From the human T2T-CHM13v2.0 reference genome, Homo sapiens, in NCBI RefSeq assembly GCF_009914755.1, contig NC_060940.1: a stretch of 64,000 bases of DNA; one strand, given 5' to 3'. A model generated the notes under the pieces. The model searched no databases. It worked only from the letters and a program-made list of their open reading frames with translations, and had not been told where the DNA came from. Of this stretch, positions 31,085 to 45,734 are shown one piece after another (position 1 is the stretch's first letter; the number at the start of each line of letters is the position of its first letter). A program made the translations under genes and the position numbers.

Positions 31085-31355
31085 TCAGTAGGGCTGGGTA
31101 TCCCCTAGGGATCCTGCTGTTCAGCCTGGTCTGGGATCCACTTTTCACTGGGAACTGAGACACTGGCTGTGAGCCTTTCTGTCCTGAGATGTAGAGGTCA
31201 TGGCGACGCAGGTTCAAGCTTAAGGAGACCTGACTGCGCGTTAGGTATTGTGCTGAACATCATCTCTTACTCTCACAGCAACGTCCTTAGAAGGTCGATG
31301 ATGTGTCCCTGCTCTACAGTGAGGAACTGAGCTTTCAGAGGAGTTTAACTTGTTC

Positions 31356-32036
31356 AAAACTTATTCTTCCTATTGGAAACTTTGTACCCTTTGACCAGTG
31401 TCTCCTATCCCCTACCTTTCCTGCGCCCCAGTCCCTGATAACCACTGTCCTACTCTCTATTTCTGTGAGTTCAACTTCTTTAGATTCCACATGTAAGTAA
31501 AATCATGCAGTATTTGTCTTTCTGTGCCTGGCTTATTTCACTTAACACAGTGTCTTTCAAGTTCGTCTATGTTGTTGAAAATGACAGGATTTCTTTCTTT
31601 TTTAAGGGTTAATAGTATTCCGTTGTGTGTATATAGTACATTTTCTTTATCCTTTCATCCACTGATGGACACTTAGGTTGATTCTATATCTTGGGTATTG
31701 TGAATAGTGCTGCAGTGAACATAGGAATGTAGAGATCCCTTCAACATATTGACATCAATTTTTTCTTGGTCTGTACCCAGAAGTTGGGTTGCTGGATTAT
31801 ATGCTTTGAAATCTGTAGCACAGCAGCGTGACTATAGTCAATAATAAAGTACCTTTCAAAATAACTAAGAGGGTACATTTCAAATGTCTCATCCTAAAAA
31901 TTTTCAGTAAATTAGGGGATGGACATGTTAATTAGTTTGATCTAATCATTCCACATTGTATACAGATATCAAAACATCACATAAATGTGTACAATTATGA
32001 TTTGTCAATTAAAATAACGTTAGTTAAAAAAATAAG
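31356..32036 (+). mobile_element. L1MA8/9-type insertion with 5' inversion (inverted 31356-31803, sense 31804-32036) inside a MIR
   Basis: TSD taacttgttcaaa at 31346-31358 and 32037-32049; the two pieces are contiguous in L1 3'UTR order. Confidence 0.88.
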
Positions 32037-33909
32037 TAACTTGTTCAAAGCCCCATTTGGCATTGATGGAACTGGAACATGCACCAAGGCTGTTGCTCTC
32101 AGGCCCACAGAGTCCTTGGTCCACGAATGTTGAAGCCCTACCTGAGATTTCTACTGAGATCAGTGTAGGGATTCAATATCTCAGAATCGTCCCATCCTCC
32201 AGGGCCGACAAGTTCATGACTGCTGCCTCTACCGATACCCCACTGACGTGAAATGTGGCCCCTGCTTTCATTTCCGGGAGCATACAACACTTACAGCAAG
32301 AATTAATGGCTTTTGTTGACTTCATTTGAGATGTGGGGCCATGGAAAGGTTCCCATGATCCTTGCTTGGTGTTGGCCAACTCATTGACTTCCCTCCTTTG
32401 AGGTCCCCCTTCCCTTTTCTACTCACCTCCTCTGTCATGGATTGCTCTGGGAATTCTGAGCCCTGGTTCCTTTATTTTGCAGATAACCTTCACTCTTCTC
32501 TGCAACGAATCCCAAAAGTATGTAGTTGAGCTGACTGCAAGGTGCTTGAGATGCAAGAGACTCCACAAATGGGATTCAGCCTTTGGAAAGTCATGGTAGT
32601 TCCAGATTTATGTGGATGTTACTTTGTTTTTCCCTATAAAATCTATTCTTTAAACTTTCAAACTCTTGGCTCCTGGATGCAGTCCTTTGCTGGTGGCAGT
32701 GGGCTGGGTACTGCCACCGGGGAGAAATGCTGCCCACTTAGAGAAAGAGAAACTCGTTCTCTTTAAGAGGCAGAGGGAGGTTTCCAGTGCCAGCTTGTTT
32801 GGAGGTGAAATGGCTGTTGTATTAAAATTGCCCAAACTTGGGCTGGTGCCTTGTGTGTTTAGAGCTCAAAGCCACGATTGCTTTCAATTTTTTTTTTTTT
32901 TTGGTGGTCGGTTTTCCATCCTTTTGCTTGGCAGGTTTCTGCTAATAGCTTCAACCTCAAGAGTCCCATTATACAGACACTAATAGCACCTACTATGTGT
33001 CAGTCTTTAGTGCCTGCTGTGTGCCAGGCATTGGAGATAATATAATGATGAACAAGATAAACATGGCACTTGGAAAAGAGAGTCTAGTTCCCACTCTCAG
33101 CCCACCCCAAAGAGAGGCTGGAATTGGGCTTCCAAAGATCTCAGATGCCCTTGCATCACCTCCCTGAAGAGGGCGGGTGAAGCTTTGGTGTCTGAAGAGA
33201 ATTTGGCTGGACAATCCCCAAGGTTTGGAACGACGGGAAGGAGCTGCCATCTGTGTTTAAGGTGAGAAGCGGGGGAGTGGTGGATATCAGAGGAAGCCAA
33301 GATGAAGAGAAGGTTTTTGTGAGTTCGCATGCATAGTGAAGACCTGTTATAGTGAGGGTCCCTGGGGCTGAGTCTGTGGGTCAGTGGAATGATGCTGTGA
33401 GGAGGGTCTTGATATAGCAGATGGCCCAAAAAAGGCTGATGGATCATGAGCAGCTGGAAGAATGGAGAGTTCGGGGGATGTAGTTCCTACCTGGCTTTCC
33501 AACAGTGTGTGAGCCCAGAATTCTTACATAAGCCCATGGAGAAGGGAAAGGAATGCTGGTAATGACAAGATTGAATTCCCCACCTGCCAGGCATCCAGGG
33601 ACTCGAGCAGATTTAACTGAATTTACAGAAATAGGAATGTGACATTTCCTACATCCGGGTGTGCTGGAGGAAAATGTATTCCCTCTCAGGTTTGTGGGGA
33701 AGGAGAATGCTAACAGACAAGACTGCAGGTTTTCGCTCTTAAACCTGGTACGTAGAAGTGCATTTTCTACTGGATGCAGACAGAAGCTCCATATAGACAT
33801 ATCCATCGCTGCATCTCTCATGCCTTGTGTTCTTCCTAATTTTCCCTTTTTAACCCACAGAAGAAGAAGGTTCCAGCATCACTTCCGGCCTCTCAAGAGT
33901 GAGTTAGGT

Positions 33910-34214
33910 GTTCAGGTGGGGTTGCTTATGCCTGTAATCTCAGCCCTTTGGGAGGCCGAGGTGGGCAGATCACTTGAGGCCAGGAGTTCGAGACCAGCCT
34001 GGCCAACATGGTGAAACCGTTTGTCTACTAAAAATACAAAAATTAGCCAGGCGTGGTCGTGGGTGCCTGTAGTCCCAGCTACTCTGGAGGCTGAAGCATG
34101 AGATTCGCTTGAACCCAGGGGGCGGAGGTTGGAGTGAGCCAAGATTGCACCACTGCACCCTAGCCTGCGTGATAGGGCGGGACTGGGTCTTAAAACTAAA
34201 CAAAACAAAAACAA
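33910..34214 (+). mobile_element. Alu
   Basis: Full Alu; TSD aagagtgagttagg. Confidence 0.95.
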
Positions 34215-35007
34215 AGAAGAGTGAGTTAGGATGAAAGCTTCCAAGTCTCTCTGCCCCTTTCATACGTCTCCTCCCTGGTGAGCAGAAGAGTTGGCTTTAT
34301 TGGCAAGACTGAGGAAATGCTGACTGTATTTCTGCCATGTTCACTTATTAGTGGATGGGTTATTTTGCCTAGACTATGGCCGCAGGAGCCACCTCTCAGT
34401 CCCTTGCATAGGCACCAGGCTTTTTTAGGGCAAGCAGGACAGGTAAGATCTGTCTCTGGCAGAGCCAGCCAGGTCTCCTTACCCTCTGTTTCCCTTTCTG
34501 CCTGTGACTGAATGGGCATGTCAGGGTCTAGTAGGGGATCCAGGAGGAGGAAGCCTCATTAACTTCTATTCTGCAGCAATTGATGGCCACCCAACTTGAA
34601 CAGTGGGGGCTTATCACCTCATGTACTAAGACCGGAGATAGCTGATGCGAAGCTTGGGTAAATTAGTAGCTTGAGATGTTAGGTTCTTCATTTGAGGTTT
34701 CTATGCTGCTCTTGCCTTCTGCTTTTGGTCACAGAGGCTGCCACAATCCGCCTGTCAAGTCCTCATGTGACAATATCCAGAGACAGCAAGGAAGAGGTAC
34801 AGTGTATTCCTGCATGTTTCTTAAAAATTTTTTTGATAGAGAATAATTGTACATATTTATGGGGTCCATGTGAGATTTTGGTACATTTGTGCAATGAGTA
34901 ATGATCAAATCAGGGTCTTTGGGATATTGATCACCTCAAACATTGATCATTTCTTTGTGTTGGGAATATTTCAAAGCTTATTGCTATTTAAAAATATACA
35001 ATAAATT

Positions 35008-37121
35008 CATTTATCAGGATACAAAATCTATGTACACAAATCAGTAGCAGTGCTATACACCAACAGCAACCAGGCTGAGAATCAAATCAAACCCTTTTAT
35101 AATAGCTGTAAAAATAAAATACTTAGGAATATACCTAACCAAGGAGGTGAAATACCCCTACAAGGAAAACTACAAAACACTGCTGAAAGAAATCATAGAT
35201 GACACAAACAAATGGAAACACATTCCATGCTCATGGATGGGTAGACTCACTATTGTGAAAATGACCATACTGCCAAAAGCAGTTTACAAATTTAATGCAA
35301 TTCCTATCAAAATACCATCATCATTCTTTATAGAACTAGAAAAAACAATGCCAAAATTCATGTGGAAGTATAAAAGAGTCTGCATAGCCAAAGCAAAACT
35401 AAGCAAAAAGAACCAATCTAGAGGCATCACATTACCCAACTTCAAACTATATTACAAGGCTATAGTGACCAAAACAGCATGGTGCTGGTATAAAAATAGG
35501 CACATGACCAATGGAACAGAGTAGAGAACCCAGAAATAAAGCCCAATAATTAATAGCCAACTGATCTTAGACAAAGTAAACAAAAGCAAAGTAAGGAAAG
35601 TACACCCTATTCAACAAATAGTGCTGGGATAATTGGCAAGCCACATGTAAAAGAATAAAACTGGAGCCTCATCTCTCACCTTATACAAAAATCAACACAA
35701 GATGGATCAAAGACTTAAATCTAAGGTCTGAAACCATAAAAATTCTTGAAGATAACATTGGAAAACGTTTCTACACATTGGCTTAGGCAAACAGTTCATA
35801 ACCAAGAACCCAAAAGCAAGTGCAATGAAAACAAAGATAAATAGATGGGACTTAATTAAACTAAAAGCCTCCTGCACAGCAAAGGAAATAAACAGCAGAG
35901 TAAACAGATCACCCAGAGAGTGGGAGAAAATTTTCACAAACTGCATCTGACAAAGGACTAATGTCCAGAATCTACAGGGAACTCTAATCAGCAAGAAAAA
36001 AATAATCCCATCAAAAAGTGTGCCAAGGACATGAATAGGCAGTTCCCAAAAGAAGATACACAAATGGCCAACAAACATATGAAAAAATGCTCAACATCAC
36101 TAATTATCAGGGAAATGCAAATCAAAACCACAATGCAATACCATGTGTAAAATAAAGAAAAATAGGGCCAGGCGCCGTGGCTGACGCGTGTAATCCCAGT
36201 ACTTTGGGAGGCCGAGGCGGGTGTATCACGAGGTCAGGAGTTTGAGACCAGCCTGACTAACATGGTGAAACCCCGTCTCTACTGAAAATACAAAAATTAG
36301 CCGGGCATGGTGGCGGTTGCCTGTAATCCCAGCTACTCAGGCGGCTGAGACAGGAGAATTGCTTGAACCCAGGATGCAAGGTTGCAGTGAGCTGATATAC
36401 TCCAGCCTGTGTGACAGAGTGAGACTTCATCTCAAAACAACAACAACAAAAAGCAAAAATTGATGTTGGCATGGACGTGAAAGAGAACGCTTTTACACTG
36501 ATGGTGGGAATGTAAGCTAGTACCATCACTATGGAAAGCAGTATGGAGATTCCTTAAAGAACTAAAAGTACATCTACCATTTGATCCAGCAATCCCACTA
36601 CTAAGTATCTACCCAGAGAAAAGGAAGTCATCGTATGAAAAAGACACTTTTGCACACATGTTTACATCAGCAAAATTCACATTTGCAAAACTATAGAACC
36701 AGCCCAAATGCCCATCAGTCAATTAGTGGATAAAGAAAATGTGTTTTTTATATGTATATATATATATACCATAGAATACTACTTAGCCTTAAAAAGGAAT
36801 GAAATAATGGCATTCATAGCAACCTGGATGGAGTTGGAGAGCATTATTCTAAATGAAGTAACTCAGGAATGGAAAAACAAACATTGCATGTTCTCACTCA
36901 TAAGTGGGAGCTAAGCTATGATGATGCAAAGGGACGAGAATGAAACAGTGGACTTTGGGGGCTCAGGTGGAAGTGGGAGGGGGTGAGAGATAAAAGACTA
37001 TATACATTGGGTAAACTGCTCTGGCGATGGGTGTGCCAAAATTTCAGAGATCACCACTGAAGAACTTATCCATGTAACAAAATACCACCTGTTCCCTAAA
37101 AACTATTGAAATAAAAAAAAG
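35008..37121 (+). mobile_element. 5'-truncated L1PB (ORF2 3' part and 3'UTR) inserted antisense into L1MA
   Basis: ORF2p remnant [29 protein letters not shown]; TSD aaatatacaataaatt at about 34992-35007 and 37122-37137. Confidence 0.93.
36167..36458 (+). mobile_element. Alu (AluS) in L1PB
   Basis: Alu with a short right-arm deletion and (CAA)n tail. Confidence 0.93.
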
Positions 37122-38821
37122 AAATATACAATAAATTGTTATAGTCACTTTCTATGATATTAAACACTAGATCTTATTCCTTCTATTGTATATTTTTACA
37201 CCCATTAATCAACCTCTTTTCAAACCCCTCCTCTTCCCAGCCTCTGGTAACTATCATTCTACTCTTTATCTCCATGACATCAATTTTATATAGCTCCAGG
37301 GCACACAAGTCCATAACTGCGGTCTCTATCCCTGACCCTACTGACCTGACACATGGCCCCCACTTTGATTTCCAGGAGCCTAAGCTGCTCATATAAGTGA
37401 GAACATGCAATAGTTTTCTTTCTGTGCATGGCCTAGTTCACCTGACATTATGACCTTTAGTTCCATCCATTTAGCTGAAAATGACAGGATTTCATTCTTT
37501 TTTATGGCTGAATAGTATTCTATTGTGCGTATATTCCCATTTTCTTTATCCATTCATCCGTTGATTGACACTTAGATTGATTCCATATCTTGGCTATTGT
37601 AAATAGTGCTGCAGTAAATATGGGGGTACGGGTACAGGTATCCCGTTGATACACTGATATCCTTTTTTTTGGATATATACCCGGGAGTGGGATTGCTGGA
37701 TCATATGGTAGATCTGTTCTTAGTTTTTTGAGAAATCTCTGTGCTTTTTAAAATAATGGCTGTACTAATTTACATTGCCACCAACAATATACAATAATAT
37801 TCTTTTGTTCAGATACTTGCCAGCATTTGTTGTGCTTTGTCTTTTTAATAATAGCCATTCTAACAAGTGTGAGATGATATCTCTTTGTGGTTTTGATTTG
37901 CATTTCCGTGATGATTAGTGATGTTGAATATTTTTTCATAAACTTGGTGATTTGTGTATCTTCTTCTGAGTAATGTCTATTTTTTGATAGTTTCTTTTGC
38001 TGTGCAGAAGCTCTTTCATTTAATTAGATCCCATTTGTCAATTTTTGCTTTTGTGGCGATTGCGTTTGGCATCTTCAGCATGAACTCTTTGCCCATCACT
38101 ATGTACCGGCTGGTATTGCCTAGGTCGTCTTCCAGCGTTTTTATAGTTATGGGTTTTACATTTAAGTCTTTCAGCCATCTTGAGTTAATTTTTATATATG
38201 CTGTAAGGGAGGGGTGTTGTCTTTTCACTGTGTTGATTGTTTTCTTTGATATGCAGAAGGTATTTAGTTTAATATAATCCCATTTGTCTGATTTTGTTGC
38301 TTGTACTTTTTAAGTGTTAGCCATGCAATCTTTGTTCTCAAGAGTTTCTCCTGTGTTTACTTCTAGTAGTTTTATAGTTGTGGCTGTTACGTTTAAGTCT
38401 TTAATCAATTTTGAGTTTATTTTTGTAAGTGATGAGAGGTAAGGGTCTAGTTTTATTCTTCTGTATTTGGATATCTAGTTTTCCTGGCACCATTTAATGA
38501 AGAGGGTGTCCTTTATTCAATGTATGTTCTTGACACCTTTCTTGAAAATCAGTTAGCTGTAAATACGTGGATTCATTTCTGGGTTCTTTGGTCTGTTTCC
38601 TTTGTTTTTGTGTCTGTTTTAATACCAATACACACTGTTTTGGTTACTATAGCTTTGCAGTACATTTTTAAATCAGGTAGTGTGAGGCTTCTAGCTTTGT
38701 TCTTTTTGCTCAGTATTGCTTTGGCTATTTGGGGTGTTCTGTGGTTCCATGTGAATTTCAGGGTTTTTTTTTCCTGTTTCTGTGAAGAATATAATTGATA
38801 GGGATTATACTGAATCTCTAG

Positions 38822-39545
<724 letters not shown>

Positions 39546-41651
39546 TGAGCCAATTTGACTTCCTCTTGTCCAGTTTGGATGCCTTTTATTTCTTTATCTT
39601 GTCTGATCACTCTGGCTTGGATGTGCCATACTGTGTTGAATAGGAGTGGTGAAAGTGGGTATCCTTGTCTTGTTCCAGTTCTTAGAGGAAAGGCTTTTCA
39701 ATTTTTCTCAGTGAGTAGGATGTTAGCTGTAGATTTGTCATATATGCCTTTTCTTATGTTGAAGTGTTCCTTGTATGCCTAATTTGTTGAGAGTTTTCAT
39801 TATGAAGGAATGGTAAGTTTTACTGAGTGATTTTTCTGCATCTGCTGAGATGATCAGATAGTTTTTGCCTTTCATCTTGTTGATGTGATGTATCACATGT
39901 ATTGATTTGTGTATGTTGAGCCATGTTTGCATTCCTGGGATAAATCCCACTTGATCATGGTATATTATCTTGTTCATTCATCATTAGATTCGGTTTAGTA
40001 GTATTATGCCGAGAATTTTTCCATCTGTGTGTATTCGGAATATTGGCCTGTAGTTTTCTCTTTTTGTTGTGTCCTTGTCTTGATTGGATATCAGGGTAGT
40101 GCTGGCCTTATACAATGAGTTAGGAAGAATTCCCTCCTCTTCAATTTTTGGGAATAGTTTGAGAAGAATTGGTGTTTGTTTTTCTTTATAAATTGGGTAG
40201 ACATCAGCATAAAAGCTTAGTTTAGGGCTTTTCTCTTTTGGGAGACTTTTTGTTACTGATCCAAACCTGCTATTCATTTTGGGTCAGTTCAGGTTTTCTG
40301 TTTCTTCCTAGTTCAATCTTGGTAGGCTGTGTATGTCTGGGAATGTATCCCTTTCCTCTAGGTTTTCCAATTTGTTAGCATATGGTTGTTCATAATAGCC
40401 TCTAATGATCCTTTTTATTTCTTTGGTAACAGTTGTAACGTCTCCTTTTTCATTTCTGATTGTATTTATTTGGGTCTCCTTTCTTTCTTTTTTTTTTTGG
40501 TTAGCCTCACTAGTGGTTTATCAATTTTGTTTAACTTTTCAAAAAACCAACTTTTATCTTGTTGATTATTTGCATTTCTTTTTTGTCTCTGTTGCATTTG
40601 GTTCTGCTATGTTATTTATTATTTTTTCTTTCTAGTAATTGTGTGTTTGGTTTGTTCTTGCTTTTTGAGTTCCTTGAGGTGCATCATTAGGTTGTTTATT
40701 TGAAATCTTTCTACTTTTTTGGTGTAGGCATTTATTGCTATAAACTTCCCTCCTAGTACTGCTTTTGCTGTGTGCCATAGGTTTTGCATGATGTGTTTCC
40801 ATTTTCTGTTTAAAAAATTTTTTTAATTTCCATCTTAATTTCTTCATTGATGCAATGATGATTCAATAGCACGTTTAATGTCCATGTATTTGTACAGTTT
40901 CCAAATTTCTTCTTGTTATTGATTTCAAGTTTTATTCCATTGTGGTCTGAGAAGATAATTTATGATTTTAATTTTTAAAATTTTGTTGAGCCTTGTTTTG
41001 TGTCCTAGCATATGGTCTATCCTGGAGAATGTTCCATGTGTTGATGAGATGATAGTGTATTCTGCTGCTGCTGGATGAAATATTCTGAAAATAACTGTTA
41101 GGTCCATTTGGTCTAAAGTGCAGCTTAAATCTAATGTTTCTTTGTTGATTTTATATCTAGATGAACTGTCCAATGCTGAGAGTAGGATATTGAAGTGCTC
41201 AACTATCATTATATTGGTCTCTATCTCTCCGTCTAGATTTCATAATATTTGCTATGTGTGTCTGTATGCTCTTATGTTGGTTGCATGCATATTTAGAATT
41301 GTTATATTTTGTTGCTGAATTGATCCCTTTATTACCACATAATGACCTTCTTTGTCCTTTTTACAGTTTTTGACTTAGTCTGTTTTATCTGATGTAAGTT
41401 TAACTACTCATGATTACTTTTGATTTCTGTTTGTGTGGTATATCTTTTTCAATCCCTTCACTTTCAGTCTGTGTGTGTCTTTACAAGTGAAGTGAGTTTC
41501 TTGTAGATGTTGTTGGATCATTTTTTATCCGTTAAGCCTGTCTCTATCTTTTAGGTAGGTAATTTAACCCATATTCGAAGTTATTATTGATAGGTGAGGA
41601 CTTATTCCTGTCATTTTGTTCATTGTTTTCTGGTTATTTTGTATATCCTTT

Positions 41652-43957
41652 TGATATGGTTTGGCTGTGTCCCCACTCAGATGTCATCTTGAATTCCCAT
41701 GTGTTGTGGGAGGGACCCAGTGGGACGTAGTTGAATTGTGGCGGCAGGTCTTTACCATGCTATTCTTTTGATAGTGAATCAGTCTCATGAGATCTGAGAG
41801 GTTTTAAAAGGAGGAGTTTCCCTGCTCAAGCTCTCTCTTTGCCTGCTGCCATCCCTGTAAGATGTGACTTGCCTCTCCTTGACTTCCGCAATGATTTTGT
41901 AGCCTCCCCAGCAATGTAGAACTGTAAGTCCATTAAACCTTTATCTTTTGTAAATTTCCCAGTCTTGAATGTGTCTTTATCAGCTGTGTGAAAATGGACT
42001 AATACAGTAAATTGGTACCAGAAGTGGGGTGTTGCTAAAAGATACCTGAATACGTGGAAGTGACTTTGGAACTGGGAAACAGGCAGAGGTTGGAACAGTT
42101 TGGAGGGCTCAGAAGGAGACAGGAAAATGTGGGAAAATTTGGAAGAAATTTCCTAGAGCCCAAAATGCTGATAGTTATATGGACAATAAAGTCTAGGCTG
42201 AGGTTGTGTCAGATGGAAATAAGGAACTTATCAGGAACTGGCACAAAGGTGACTCCTATTATGTTTTAGCAAAGAGACTGGTGGCATTTTGCCCCTGCTG
42301 TAGAGATTTGTGGAATTTTGAACTTGAGAGAGATGATTTAGGGTATCTGGTAGAAGAGATTTCTAAGCAGCAAAGCATTCAACACATGACTTGGGTGCTG
42401 TTAAAGGCACTCAGTTTTATAAGGGAAGCAGAGCATAAAAGTTTGGAAAATTTGCAGCCTGACGATGCAATAGAAAAGAAAATCCCATTTTCTCAAGAAA
42501 AATTCGATCTGGCTGCAGAAATTTGTTTAAGTAATGAGGAGCCAAGTGTGAATCCCCGTCAATGGGGAAAATGTCTCCAGGGCATGTCACAGGTCTTCAT
42601 GGCAGCCCCACCCATCAAAGGCCCAGAGGCCTAGGAAGAAAAGATGGTTTTGTGGGCTGGAACCAGGGACCCCTACTGTGAGCAGCCTAGGGTGCCTGAG
42701 TCCTAGCCACTCCAGCTGCAGCTAAAAGGAGCCAAGATACAACGTAGGCTGTGACTTCAGAGGGTGCAAGCCCCAAGCCTTAGCAGCTTTCACATAGTGT
42801 TGAGCCTGTGGGTACAAAGAAGTCAAAAATTGAGGTTTGGGAACCACTGCCTAGATTTCAGAAGATGTATGGAAATGCCTAGATGTCCAGGCAGCAGTTT
42901 GCTGCAGGGGCAGGGCACTCATGGAGAACCTCTACTAGGGCAGTGCGGAAGGGAAATGTGGGGTCGGAGCCCCCACATAGAGTCCCTACTGTGGCACCAC
43001 CTAGTGGAGCTGTGAGAAGAGGGCCACCATCCTCCAGACCCCAGAATGGTGGATTCACTGACAGCTTGTACTGTGTGCCTGGAAAAGCTGCAAACACTCA
43101 ATGCCAACCAGTGAAAGGAGCCCCTCCTTTCACCTCCTGGTTTTATTCCAGGAGGGGTGTTATACCCTACAAAGCCACAGGAGTGGAGCTGTGGCCTTTA
43201 TTCTCCCAAGGCCATGGGAGCCCACCTCTTACATTAGCATGACCTGCATGTGAGACATGGACTCAAAGGAGATCATTTTGGAGCTTTGGGATTTTACTGC
43301 CGCACTGGATTTTGGGCTTGCGTGGGGCCTGTAGCCCCTTTGTTTTGGCAATTTTCTCCCATTTGGAATGACTGTGTTTACCCAGTGCCTATACCCCCAT
43401 TGTATCTAGGAAGTAACTAACTTGTTTTTGATTTTACATGCTCATAGGCGGAAGGGATTTGCCTTGTGTCACATGAGACTTTGGACTGTGGACCTCTCAG
43501 TTAATGCTGAACTTAGTTAAGACTTTGGGGGACTGTTGGGAAGGCATGATTGGTTTTAAAATGTGAGGACATGAGATTTGGGAGGGGCCAGGGGCAGAAT
43601 GATATGGTTTGGCTGTGTCCCCACCCAAATCTCATCTTGAATTCCCACATGTTATTGGAGGGACCTAGTGGGAAGTAATTGAGTCATGGGGGCATGTCTT
43701 TCCCATGCTGTTCTCATGATAGTGAATAAGTCTCGCAAGATCTGATGGTTTTAAAAAGGGTAGTTTCCCTGCAGAAGCTCTCTCTTTGCCTGCTGCCATC
43801 CATGTGAGCCATGACTTGCTTCTTCTTGCCTTCCACCATGATTTTGAGGCTTCCCCAGCTACGTGGAAATGTAAGTCCATTAAACCTCTTTCTTTTGTAA
43901 ATTGCCCAGTCTCAGTCAGGTATGTCTTTATCAGCAGTGTGAAAACAGACTAATACA
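41652..43957 (+). mobile_element. Full-length THE1 (THE1B-like) ERVL-MaLR: LTR 41652-42006, internal region, LTR 43600-43957
   Basis: Both LTRs run tgatatggtttggctgtgtcccc...actaataca; polypurine tract gggaggggccaggggcagaa precedes the 3' LTR; degraded 5-bp TSD ccttt/cccgt. Confidence 0.96.
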
Positions 43958-44197
43958 CCCGTGTTCCTTTTTTCCCTCATTATTTATGGTTGCAGTTTGG
44001 TGGTTTTCTTTAGCGGTGACATTTGAATCCTTTCTCCTTTGTGTGTCTGCTCTACCAGAGAGTTTTATACTTTCATGTATTTTCATGATGGTAGATATTG
44101 TTCTTTTGCTTCCCAATGTAGGACTCCCTTAAGCATTTCTTGTAGGACCACAACAAACAAGACACAAACAAACAGTCTTTTGCTTATCTGGGAAATA

Positions 44198-44369
44198 TTT
44201 TTTTCTTTTTTTTTTTTTTTTTAGGCAATGGAGTCTCACTCTGTGACCCAGGCTGGAGTACAGTGGCATGATCATAGCTCACTGCAGCCTTGAACTCCTG
44301 GGCTCAAATGATCTTCCTGCCTCAGTCTTCTGATTCTCTGGAATTGTATATGTGAGCCACTGTGCCAGG
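44198..44369 (-). mobile_element. Alu monomer (FRAM/FAM-like)
   Basis: Single Alu arm with T tail. Confidence 0.8.
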
Positions 44370-45407
44370 CTCCTTCATTTTTGAAGGACAGCTTTGCTGG
44401 GTATAGTAGTTTTGGCTTAGATTTTTTTTTTTTTTTTTTTTTTTTTACTTGTAGTTTACAGACCCTTTTCTCATAGCCTGTCTGCTGAGAAATCCCCTGT
44501 TAGCCTGATGGAGATTCTCTTATAAGGGACTTCATGCTTTTCTCTTGCTGTTTTTAGAATTTTCTCTTTGTCTTTTGACAGTTTTATCATAATGTGCCTT
44601 GGAGAAGACCTTTTTGGGTTGTATTTATTTGGGAATCTTTGAGCTTCCTGTATTTGGATCTATATCATTTGCAAGACTTAGGAAGTTTTCAGTTATTATT
44701 TTATTAAATAGGTTTTCTATGCCTTTACCCATCTCATCTCCATCTGGAACTCCAAGAATTTCAGTATTTGGCCACATATGTGTCCCATATGTCATGTAGC
44801 CTTGCTTCACTCTTTTTTCTTTCTTTTTGTCTGACTGGATTATTTTAAAAGACTAGTCTTCAACTTCAGAAATTCTTTGTTTTGCTTGATCTAGTCTATT
44901 GTTAAAGCTGTCAGTTATCTTTTGTATTTCTTTCAACGATTTCTTCTCTTCCAGGATTTGTGTTTGGTTCTTTGTTATGCTGTCTGTCTCTGTTGAATTT
45001 CTCATTCAGATCATGAATTGTTTTCCTGATTTTTTTTGTATTCATTATCTGTGTTCTCTTATATCTCCCTGAGTTTCTTTAATGTCATTATTCTGAAAAT
45101 TTTTTCAGGCATTTCATAGATTTTCTTTTTATTGGAATCTGTTGCTGGAGAATTATTGTGCTTCTTTGGAGGTGTTATGTTTCCTTTTTCATATTTCTTG
45201 CATCCTTATGTGACTATCTGTGCCTCTGACATAACCGTCACTTCTTCCAATTTTATGGATTTGCTTTTATAGGGGAAAGACCTTTTCTTATAGCTGTATC
45301 TACAATGTTCATTGGATATCACACTTTGGCTTTGATTCTGGGTAGGTACAGTGATATAGTCTGCATATGATTTCTTCAGCTGTAATTGGCATGAATGGTG
45401 TCTGTGA

Positions 45408-45734
<327 letters not shown>

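Noticed and set aside
35147-35524. Active reverse-transcriptase gene
   Set aside because: Fragment of a 5'-truncated, stop-riddled L1PB ORF2.
42206-42634. 142-aa ORF as a novel gene
   Set aside because: Ordinary remnant of the THE1/MaLR internal ORF.
41895-43865. PRDM9 hotspot motif (CCTCCCTAGCCAC) in the THE1 LTRs
   Set aside because: The LTRs read cctccccagcaatg and cttccccagctacg; the motif is absent.
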